Source: Candidatus Sumerlaeia bacterium (GTDB lineage: Bacteria; Sumerlaeota; Sumerlaeia; SLMS01; JAHLLQ01). From it: a stretch of 45,092 bases of DNA. The notes under the pieces were generated by a model. It did not search any database. It saw only the letters and a program-made list of their open reading frames with translations, and was not told the DNA's origin. Positions 1 through 7,802 of this stretch are shown in pieces (positions within the stretch are counted from its first letter, which is position 1; the number at the start of each line of letters is the position of its first letter). Both the position numbers and the translations under genes were made by a program. The stretch covers positions 1 through 45,092 of the forward strand of contig JANRMB010000292.1 in assembly GCA_033761985.1 (NCBI GenBank), in the 5' to 3' direction.

Positions 1-177
1 GCGCCTTCCAAGATAAGAGTTTACAGTTGGATTATTTTCTGATAAACGTCTTGTTTTCAACTAGGTATACCATGGGATTAGGTGTATTTTTTCTATTGCC
101 ACAATTGCCTAAATGGTCTAACTTCAGTATATAATATTAAATTTATACTCTAGAAAATCAAAAAAAAGAAACTAATC

Positions 178-453
178 ATGGCACGATATGCTTATTACGT
201 CTTATTTGTATCCATTAGCATAATCTTATTATTTTATTTCGTTGGTGAATACTATTACAGTAGAAAGCTTGGCGTTCGGCCTTTCTTTGAAAATGCAAAC
301 AATCCCAAGGGAAAAGGTGTTGTAGAGTTTGTTGGTCAAAATGAAACCATATACCTTCATTTGTCTGATAGGTTGTTTCAGGACGGCTTTATAATGATTG
401 TGGATAATTCCAAGAAAAATCAATACGAAATATATCGACTTGTGAAAGATTAA
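178..453 (+). CDS. Small hypothetical membrane-anchored protein in an AT-rich segment (possibly a gene fragment)
   Basis: 91-aa ORF with one N-terminal hydrophobic helix (YYVLFVSISIILLFYFVG); surrounding DNA visibly AT-richer than the rest of the window; no recognisable family. Confidence 0.4.
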   Translation: MARYAYYVLFVSISIILLFYFVGEYYYSRKLGVRPFFENANNPKGKGVVEFVGQNETIYLHLSDRLFQDGFIMIVDNSKKNQYEIYRLVKD

Positions 454-501
454 GAGTGCGATTCTCTTTGGTTACCTAATGTATCTTGGGTTGCTCATTC
501 A

Positions 502-1611
502 TCATCCCGCCAAACCCCTCAGGATTTTTCCCGCCATGCCCGGCCCTTCGTAAACCAGTCCGGTGTAAACCTGCACCAGCGAGGCTCCGGCGTTCAACTT
601 ATCCCGGGCATCCTGCGCCGTAAAGACTCCACCCACTCCGATGATGGGGAATTCCGGATCGTGAAGGCGTTTGCGCACTTCTTCAATCAACCGGGTGGTA
701 CGCTGGGTGAGGGGGCGGCCGCTGATTCCCCCGGTTTGTTGTTGCCATTCCGGATCAAAACCCGCCCGGCTGAGCGTGGTGTTGCTTACAATTATTCCCT
801 GAACGCCTGCTGTTTGTAACGCATCCAGCATTTCCTCCAGTTCGCGAGCCTTCACATCGGGGGCAATCTTCACCGCCACCGGGGGGTGTTTGCCATCGTG
901 TTCTTGGGCAAAATGGCGAGCCTCTTCCATCAGGCCCGAGAGCAGATGCAGGAGGTAATTTCCGCCCTGAAGTTCGCGGAGTCCTGGAGTGTTGGGAGAA
1001 CTGATGTTGACGGCGACATAATCGGCATAAGGGGCCACCGCTTGGAAGCACCTCACATAATCTTCGAGAGCTTGAGCCAGAGGTGTTTCCTTCTGTTTGC
1101 CAATACTGACACCCAGCACCCAGGAGCGTTTGACGCGTGAGAGACATTCCAACCGGGGAAGAACATCCTCAAGTCCGGGGTTGGGGAAACCCATCCGGTT
1201 AAGAATCGCTCCGCGCTCCGCAATCCGGAATACCCGGGGCCGGGGATTCCCTTCCTGCGGTTTTGGTGTTAGGGTTCCCACTTCAACATGGCCAAAACCC
1301 AGTTCCGCCAATCCCGGGGCAAGGCGAACGGTTTTATCAAAACCCGCAGCTACGCCCAACGGATTGGGAAAGCGCAGTCCCATCACCTTTAGCGGAAGAC
1401 TGGGGCAGTTTCCTGCAAGAAAATGGAGCGCCCGACGCCCCACCAACGAGGAGGAGGCGACCTCCAGCGAGGATGCCATGCGTTCATGGGCGTCTTCGGG
1501 ATCAAGTTGCTTGAAGAGAGGAAAGGCGAGATCTTTGTATAAATCCATGATGGGGTTCTGGTAAGCGGATTCGGGTTCAAAGGCAAGGGAAGAGCGCGTG
1601 GGAAACCGCAT
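502..1611 (-). CDS. pyrD: Quinone-dependent dihydroorotate dehydrogenase (class 2)
   Basis: Motifs NPLGVAAGFDK, EVGTLTPKPQEGNPRPRVFR, NRMGFPNPG, VNISSPNTPGLR, KIAPD, SNTT, GGISG, IGVGGV, LVQVYTG; start could be the downstream MDLY ATG. Confidence 0.96.
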   Translation of the reverse strand: MRFPTRSSLAFEPESAYQNPIMDLYKDLAFPLFKQLDPEDAHERMASSLEVASSSLVGRRALHFLAGNCPSLPLKVMGLRFPNPLGVAAGFDKTVRLAPGLAELGFGHVEVGTLTPKPQEGNPRPRVFRIAERGAILNRMGFPNPGLEDVLPRLECLSRVKRSWVLGVSIGKQKETPLAQALEDYVRCFQAVAPYADYVAVNISSPNTPGLRELQGGNYLLHLLSGLMEEARHFAQEHDGKHPPVAVKIAPDVKARELEEMLDALQTAGVQGIIVSNTTLSRAGFDPEWQQQTGGISGRPLTQRTTRLIEEVRKRLHDPEFPIIGVGGVFTAQDARDKLNAGASLVQVYTGLVYEGPGMAGKILRGLAG

Positions 1612-1749
1612 TCGTTATTCGTTCAAAAACGAGTAGTTGCATTGATTCGACGCACTATCGGAGCATCAAGATGAAGAGATATTCTGCGTGAATTTCGGGC
1701 AACTGAACGAAAATCGGTCGGTGATGTTCATGAATATGGCACATAAAGT

Positions 1750-1794
1750 TTGACAGTCCAGATGAGGGAAATTCCATAAATTACTGAATATAAT
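1750..1794 (+). promoter_or_regulatory. Possible sigma70-type promoter region for the 1870-13446 operon
   Basis: Consensus TTGACA (1750-1755) and TATAAT (1789-1794) both occur in the AT-rich divergent intergenic region, but they are 33 bp apart, so they cannot form one canonical promoter. Confidence 0.25.
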
Positions 1795-1869
1795 AGACTT
1801 AGCAGTTTATTTTTGAACTTTCAAAAATCAGGGCACGAATTCTTCGTATATTAGCACTATAACTCCAAA

Positions 1870-2367
1870 ATGAAAGACCGTCTTTTCATGAAGAATGTTG
1901 AACTCCAACCGCTCGGAAAAGTTGTTGAAGTAAAGACCAATGAGCGCGTGCTCGATGCCATGCTCGCCAAGGAACTGAATGTTTTGATGGCGTGCGGCGG
2001 CAAAGGAATGTGCGCCACTTGCCATGTTTGGATCGACAAAGGGATGGATGAGTTGACCCCCATGAGCGCACGGGAGAAGCGCACGCTTTCCCGAGTGAGT
2101 GGGTGCGATGAACGCTCCCGGCTTTCCTGCCAGGCGAAGATTTTGGGTGAGGGCGTTGTTGTTCGCCTCCCCGATGGGATGTTCATCGAATCCACCAAAG
2201 ACCTCGAGTCGCTCATCGGCCAGCGTTCCAAAACCAATATTCTTCACCCTATTGACGGCCGCATTTTGGTGGAGCGGGGGAAAATCATCACCCGTAGCCG
2301 CATTATGCAGTTGGAAGAACTCGACGTTGATATGAACCGTCTTCGCCAGGAAGCGGAAAACATCTGA
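1870..2367 (+). CDS. 2Fe-2S ferredoxin with C-terminal extension (Slr0148-like)
   Basis: CGGKGMCATCHV...RLSCQ cluster motif; ~60-aa extension LIGQRSKTNILHPIDGRILVERGKIITRS; alternative ATG at 1888. Confidence 0.92.
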   Translation: MKDRLFMKNVELQPLGKVVEVKTNERVLDAMLAKELNVLMACGGKGMCATCHVWIDKGMDELTPMSAREKRTLSRVSGCDERSRLSCQAKILGEGVVVRLPDGMFIESTKDLESLIGQRSKTNILHPIDGRILVERGKIITRSRIMQLEELDVDMNRLRQEAENI

Positions 2368-2418
2368 TCCCCAAAATCTAGCCACCCACCACACATTTTT
2401 TTTTCAGGAGACGACCCC

Positions 2419-3078
2419 ATGTCTATCAGCACCAACGAAGGCGGAAACAACAAGATCCTTCACCCGTTCTATTCCCTGGCCGACTATATGAAGCACGACC
2501 ATTCCGCAGGAACGATTCAGCTCGCCACGGGTGTTCGGGGGATTCAAGTAACGGAGGATTTCATCGTGGGTTTGCAAAGTGGGTTGGAAGAAGAAGTCGG
2601 CGACGCCGCCGGCATGGTAATGTACAAAGCCGGTTTCGAGTGGGGCATGCAGGACATGAAAGCTTTTGAACGCCGCTTTGAGGAAGAATATGGCGGCCGC
2701 ACCAAGATGAGTGAGGCGAACATTATGTTCGTCCTTGAAACTTGGTGGTGGCCCTTGACCAGTGAAGGCTGGGGGACATGGAACATCGATTTTTCTCAAC
2801 GCAAGCAGGGGTTGATCTTTGTGGATCTCTATGATTCCGCTGTGGCAAAGTCTTTGGGGAATATCGGCAAACCGGTTTGCCACATGTATGCGGGTTTGCT
2901 GGCGGGAATTTTCACGTACTTTAGTAAACGTGATCTCTCTTCGATTGAAATTCAATGCTACGCCATGGGCGAGGACTTCTGCAAGTTCCTGATTGGGGGA
3001 GAAAAGCGTGTGAACGCAGCCTCCTTCTGGGTGGAGGAAGGTGCTTCGGCAGATGAAATCCGAAGCAAAGTTTCCTAA
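2419..3078 (+). CDS. V4R (4-vinyl reductase) domain protein
   Basis: GWG motif and PVCHMYAGLLAG...EIQCYAMGEDFCKF Cys pattern typical of V4R; AGGAG RBS upstream. Confidence 0.9.
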   Translation: MSISTNEGGNNKILHPFYSLADYMKHDHSAGTIQLATGVRGIQVTEDFIVGLQSGLEEEVGDAAGMVMYKAGFEWGMQDMKAFERRFEEEYGGRTKMSEANIMFVLETWWWPLTSEGWGTWNIDFSQRKQGLIFVDLYDSAVAKSLGNIGKPVCHMYAGLLAGIFTYFSKRDLSSIEIQCYAMGEDFCKFLIGGEKRVNAASFWVEEGASADEIRSKVS

Positions 3079-3141
3079 TTCGTTTATCCTGTGTCCCCTT
3101 GTAAAATTCACTCTCCGCTTCCAACTTGTTCAAGGTAGCCT

Positions 3142-3774
3142 ATGATGGAAAATCGTCGTCTTCTGGATAACACCCCTGAAATACTCGAATTACTCAAGGC
3201 GCTGTTAGGTCCTCCTACGGGAACGGTCTCTTGGAGTTTGGAAGCAAAGCCGGTTGAATCTAGTGGTTTGCTTTCATCGCAGGGGAACACAATAAAAACT
3301 GTTGGTACTTTGGTGCGCAAAGAGGTTGCCCTGACTCCCGTGCCAGTGGGGGAGAGCCGAGTGGCCAAGGCTGTCCGCCCTGCCGCATCTGCTCCTTCTA
3401 TGAGCACGGAAAAACTGGAAGTTTTGCGGAAGCTCTCTTCGCCTGTTGTGACCTTTTTTCAATCGGTGGAATGGGATGGCTCTCTTTCCCAAGCAACGCT
3501 AAAGACTGCATCCCCCGCCTCTGCCTCCATCCTCGAGGAACCTGCCTCGGATTGGCAAATGGAGGAAGTTGGTGAACTTGTTCTCTCCGTCCCCGTTGCC
3601 GCATTTGTGTCCTCCATTCAATGGGATGGCAAAGGTTCCTACGTACCGCCCAAACCACAAAAAGTGGCGGCCCCAAAACATATCACCGAAACAAACGTTG
3701 CTGCTTTGGTGATGGAACCCGCGCGAGATACAAAATCCGCACAGAATTTGTTCAGTGATTTTGGTTTCGACTAA
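3142..3774 (+). CDS. Hypothetical, largely disordered protein with a twice-repeated F-x-x-S-[VI]-x-WDG motif
   Basis: VVTFFQSVEWDG and VAAFVSSIQWDG repeats; Pro/Ser/Ala-rich linkers; acidic-aromatic C-terminus LFSDFGFD; co-oriented within the operon. Confidence 0.75.
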   Translation: MMENRRLLDNTPEILELLKALLGPPTGTVSWSLEAKPVESSGLLSSQGNTIKTVGTLVRKEVALTPVPVGESRVAKAVRPAASAPSMSTEKLEVLRKLSSPVVTFFQSVEWDGSLSQATLKTASPASASILEEPASDWQMEEVGELVLSVPVAAFVSSIQWDGKGSYVPPKPQKVAAPKHITETNVAALVMEPARDTKSAQNLFSDFGFD

Positions 3775-3827
3775 TCGTTTTCTTTATAGTGCCCCACCAT
3801 CTGATTTTTTCCTGAAAGGTTTTCCTC

Positions 3828-4508
3828 ATGTCTCACTCCTCTGTCCCCGTTTTGGCCGATGAACTTGTCCCCAATTGCTTCGACTCGGAAAGCTATCTCA
3901 AACTCGATCTCCGCACAGGAGTGATTCGCAATCGATTTGGGACAAAATGTATCCTCATGTCGGGCTTCCTCCTTCGCGGGATTTACATCGGACTCAAAAA
4001 CGAAACTGGTCCCGCATGGAAGCTTATTCTGCGGAGTTGCGGAGAAGCTTGGGGTGCGAAGTTTACCGAGCGTTTTATGAAAGAAATTGAAGAGTTCTAC
4101 GGTCAAAACATGAACGAGATGAGCATGGCGCGGTTCAAGGCCCTGGTGGAGGAGTATTTCGCCACAGCGGGATGGGGACGCGTCACCGTGGATTTCAGTT
4201 TGATTCACAAAGGGTTGATTCAAATCGAAGTGGAAAATCCCATACTCGGCGATGTTCTTCAGGATGCGGGTGAAAAGTGCGACGTGCTCTTTGAAGGGGT
4301 TTTCAAAAAGCTTTTCTCGAAAGTCTCGGGTCAGCAACTTGAATGCTATGAAACACAGAGTGTGGTTGAAGGTGCGCCATCCTCCATTTTCTTGGTGGGT
4401 CTTGGTAAGCGTTTTGAGGATATGCCCGAGTGGATTGACGAGAAGAAGCTCGGTCACTTGGCAATTATCGAACGCCTCGATCGCGCGGCTTCCGCCACCG
4501 CAAACTAA
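3828..4508 (+). CDS. Second V4R domain protein (partial loss of Cys ligands)
   Basis: DLRTGVIRNRFG, CGEAWG, AGWG motifs; KCDVLFEG...LECYETQS...SSIF where V4R usually has E-x-x-C...C-x-F. Confidence 0.85.
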   Translation: MSHSSVPVLADELVPNCFDSESYLKLDLRTGVIRNRFGTKCILMSGFLLRGIYIGLKNETGPAWKLILRSCGEAWGAKFTERFMKEIEEFYGQNMNEMSMARFKALVEEYFATAGWGRVTVDFSLIHKGLIQIEVENPILGDVLQDAGEKCDVLFEGVFKKLFSKVSGQQLECYETQSVVEGAPSSIFLVGLGKRFEDMPEWIDEKKLGHLAIIERLDRAASATAN

Positions 4509-4550
4509 TTCAAATCCTCCCATCGCCTTTTTCTTTTTGGTATTGTCACC

Positions 4551-6974
4551 ATGATGCTTCACCTGTTGCCCAAAGAATTGACCGAACGCTACGAGCCGAT
4601 TGATATTCTCGGCTACGGGGCGTTTGCCATGGTGGTAAAGGCCAAGGACATCAAAACCGGTGAATTTGTGGCCATCAAACATTTGCAAACAAAGCAGGGC
4701 GACAAACAAAAATTCTTCCGAGAACTCAACCTTTCCACCCGTCTTCGGCATCCCCACATCGTTCGCTGCTTGGATGTCTACTGTTCATCCGATACCGCCA
4801 GTGACATGGTGTTTGAATTTGCAGATGGTGGTATGTTGCGTACATACCTTGAGGAAGATAAACCCTTCGATTTTTCCGAGGCACTGGCCGTTACTCATCA
4901 GATCGCCCAAGGGCTGGAATATGCGCATCAGGAAGGTGTGGTTCACCGCGATTTGAAACCTGAAAACATCCTTCTTTTTTTGCAGCAAGATCCTGGAAAA
5001 CGACTCTACAAAATCGCTGATTTTGGCGTGGCAAAAATCATCGGTCCCAATCAAAAAACTGCGACCAGTATTGGCTCACCCAGCTATATGGCCCCCGAGC
5101 AGTTTTATGATTCTTATGATATCACCTCCGATATCTATGCGTTGGGTATCATGTTTTACGAACTTCTTCATGGTTCTGTCCCTTTCCAGGGGAGCACTGC
5201 AGAGATTTTCAAAGGCCATCTGGAGGGGACACTCCAGTACCAATCCACTCTTGATCTTGATCTACAACGTCTCATCCATGACATGACCCTGAAGATTCCT
5301 TATGCGCGCCCCAAGGCAAAGGATGTGAAGGAGCGCATTGAATCGATTGCTTCAAAATCAGGAATTCTTTTGCATGACTTCTCGGCAATCTCACAGGTGC
5401 CTTCTTCGAAACAAGAAGTGCAACCAACAGGGACACTCGTATTCGCTGATTTTGAAGAACCTGCTTCGGATCTTCCCAAACCAGATCGTAGTCTTATCGA
5501 GTTGAACCCGGTGAGTTCGCCTGAAACTGCAGAAGAGTCTGAGCCAGTTGATACAACACAAGACAGCGTAGATACTCAGAATGTATCTCTCCCTCTTCTG
5601 GTTGAAGAGGAAGACGAAATCCTGTTCCCAGGCTTCCATGTGGAGGATGTCCCCAAGGTTGAGAGCCAGGAAAAAGAAGAATCCGAAGAAGCAATCTTAT
5701 TCAGTCAGGATGTTCTCACACCACCTGCATCTGAGGTAGAAAAATCAAAAAATAGCTCAAAACCTCCTCTGGAAGAAGAAAGCCTTTTCGATGATTTTCC
5801 AGGAGTAGATCAATCCTCGCATCAAGTCGCGATCAAGAAATCTGATGCCTCAACTGTTCGAGTTCCTGCAATTGTCACGGAAGCAAAAGTCCAACAGGAA
5901 TCCGCGGATGTGTTCTTTGAGGGCTTTGAAGATGAAGAGAAATTTGATCGCACGGAGATCAAGGAAGTCTCAAGTGTGGCGGAAAAAAATCTTAAGCAAT
6001 ATGGTCGCTTTCAAGTGGAGATCAAGTGGTCGCGTGCTGTGGAACGGAAAACAACCGGTCTCCTGAGCTTGGAGGATGGCCAGGATTTGTTGATGGTTAT
6101 TCCAGGCAAGGGTTTGCAGGAGATTAAGCCGGGTGGTTTGAGAGGCGGGATGGTTTACGAAGGGGTCTATGAGGTGCTTGGTCAGCCCGTACTCGGCCAT
6201 GTTTGCATGATTCGGAATCAAACCTTCTGTGTGTTGCAGCGGGGGGAGTTCTATGAGTCAGATTGGAAGTTTGACGATAAAACCACAAGCATCGCCATCT
6301 CCCAGGATCTTTCCACTGTGGCGAGTTTTTCCGGTGCCACTGTTACGTGTCGTCGATGGGGTGGTAAACTGATGTGGACAGGTCAATTCGATCGTACCGG
6401 GAAGGGTATTTTCCTTTCATTGAGTAATGATGGTAATCTCATTATTTGCTCGATTATGGGAGAAGATCAAGCGGTGCACTTTTTTGACGACGAAGGGGAA
6501 AGCCTTGCTCGTTTCTGGATGGATGCTCCCATTGTTTCCGCAGCGGTACACCACGATCGCCTTGGTGTATGGGTGATTGTTGCTGATTCTGATGAAGTCT
6601 GCACTCTCTACAACGTGACGCAACACCACAAACGCCCAGTGTGTGCCTTGGAAAAACCCCTTCACAACTTGAAGGCTAGTCGGGATTGGCTTGCTGGATT
6701 CGATGACGAGAACCGACTTCACTTGGTTGATTTGAGTATTGGGTTGGTAATGCCCGTGGAAGAAGTAACTGGGACACCTCTCGATATCTGTGTCGGAAAA
6801 TCCCTCAACGAATTGTACGTTCTCACCACACGTGATCAAGTAATGCGCTATGTCACTGGTATTGAAATCGGTCTTCGGGACTCAGAGTCCCGGGTTGTGA
6901 CCAAACTCGATCAATCTGAAAAACCCACTCTTTCCAATCGTTCGAATGAATCGGAGGCCTTGTTCAGTAAATGA
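4551..6974 (+). CDS. Ser/Thr protein kinase with acidic linker and C-terminal beta-propeller-like domain
   Basis: GYGAFA loop, VAIK, HRDLKPEN, DFG, GSPSYMAPE, DIYALG; last ~300 aa show repeated beta-strand units (SIAISQDLSTVASF, FLSLSNDGNLII); no TM helix seen. Confidence 0.93.
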   Translation: MMLHLLPKELTERYEPIDILGYGAFAMVVKAKDIKTGEFVAIKHLQTKQGDKQKFFRELNLSTRLRHPHIVRCLDVYCSSDTASDMVFEFADGGMLRTYLEEDKPFDFSEALAVTHQIAQGLEYAHQEGVVHRDLKPENILLFLQQDPGKRLYKIADFGVAKIIGPNQKTATSIGSPSYMAPEQFYDSYDITSDIYALGIMFYELLHGSVPFQGSTAEIFKGHLEGTLQYQSTLDLDLQRLIHDMTLKIPYARPKAKDVKERIESIASKSGILLHDFSAISQVPSSKQEVQPTGTLVFADFEEPASDLPKPDRSLIELNPVSSPETAEESEPVDTTQDSVDTQNVSLPLLVEEEDEILFPGFHVEDVPKVESQEKEESEEAILFSQDVLTPPASEVEKSKNSSKPPLEEESLFDDFPGVDQSSHQVAIKKSDASTVRVPAIVTEAKVQQESADVFFEGFEDEEKFDRTEIKEVSSVAEKNLKQYGRFQVEIKWSRAVERKTTGLLSLEDGQDLLMVIPGKGLQEIKPGGLRGGMVYEGVYEVLGQPVLGHVCMIRNQTFCVLQRGEFYESDWKFDDKTTSIAISQDLSTVASFSGATVTCRRWGGKLMWTGQFDRTGKGIFLSLSNDGNLIICSIMGEDQAVHFFDDEGESLARFWMDAPIVSAAVHHDRLGVWVIVADSDEVCTLYNVTQHHKRPVCALEKPLHNLKASRDWLAGFDDENRLHLVDLSIGLVMPVEEVTGTPLDICVGKSLNELYVLTTRDQVMRYVTGIEIGLRDSESRVVTKLDQSEKPTLSNRSNESEALFSK

Positions 6975-7744
6975 CTCAAATGATCGGCATATTGAGAACT
7001 CCATCATCACTTCCCGCCAACACGCTCTCGTTGAATATCGGTGCAGCCTTGGCGCAACGGGGCAGCCAAGTGCTTCAGCTTCTACAGGGGCAAAGCGCGA
7101 CTGTATCACAAACCGCCTACCCACGGCTTTCCAAACTTCAGGGGGGGACGGACCAATTGATGACAGGCGATGCCTCACTACAAAGTGCTCTGTCACCCTT
7201 CAATTGGGTGGTGTATGAAGTGCAGTCTGATTGGGCTCCTGCCAGTATCAGCCTTCTTGCCTCAAAAGCAACGCATCTGATTCTCGCCTATGAGGAGTCT
7301 TCTCTGTCACTCAACGCTCTTCCTCAATTGCTACAACCTCTGGCGAAGCTCAAGGCAGAAAACAAGTGTCCCCAAATCACCAACTTTTTAGTCACCAAAG
7401 AAAACAGCGCAGCGGAGAATTTAAAGAAATTCGATGCGGCGTGTGGTACGTTTGCCACCATCAAATCCTTGTATCCTGGCATACATAGTCTCCCAACGAT
7501 TACTCATGATCCCGATTTGATTTCTTCATCGATGAAGGAAACGACTGTCTTGGCTCAAAACCCTCTTTCCAAAGATGCCGAGGTATTCCGAACGCTTGCC
7601 ACACAACTCGCTCCCGGAACCGAAGGTGATGCTGTGGTTCGTCGTTCTCTGAAACGGCACATGGCTGGCAAACCTCCAGCAGTTGATTCATTTTTCGACA
7701 AGTTGTTCGATCAAATTGGGCAACTCTTCGGTGGCTCAAAGTAA
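6971..7744 (+). CDS. MinD/ParA-like protein with degenerate Walker A
   Basis: N-terminus IGILRTPSSLPANTLSLNIGAALAQRGSQVL follows the ParA/MinD pattern but lacks KGGxGKT; VLAQNPLSKDAEVFRTLA resembles the ParA C-terminal region; amphipathic tail SFFDKLFDQIGQLFGG; ATGA overlap with the kinase. Confidence 0.7.
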   Translation: MTQMIGILRTPSSLPANTLSLNIGAALAQRGSQVLQLLQGQSATVSQTAYPRLSKLQGGTDQLMTGDASLQSALSPFNWVVYEVQSDWAPASISLLASKATHLILAYEESSLSLNALPQLLQPLAKLKAENKCPQITNFLVTKENSAAENLKKFDAACGTFATIKSLYPGIHSLPTITHDPDLISSSMKETTVLAQNPLSKDAEVFRTLATQLAPGTEGDAVVRRSLKRHMAGKPPAVDSFFDKLFDQIGQLFGGSK

Positions 7745-7802
7745 AGACTCCCTAACACATCCAAAATCATACAGCACATTCCACCAATAAAGGGCGATAC
7801 TC

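Noticed and set aside
1737-1753. TGGCAC upstream of the V4R operon as a sigma54 promoter
   Set aside because: No GC at the required GG-N10-GC position (reads TT)
2404-4757. Long minus-strand ORFs 2404-3111 and 3771-4757
   Set aside because: Antisense to the V4R and kinase genes, with no recognisable motifs
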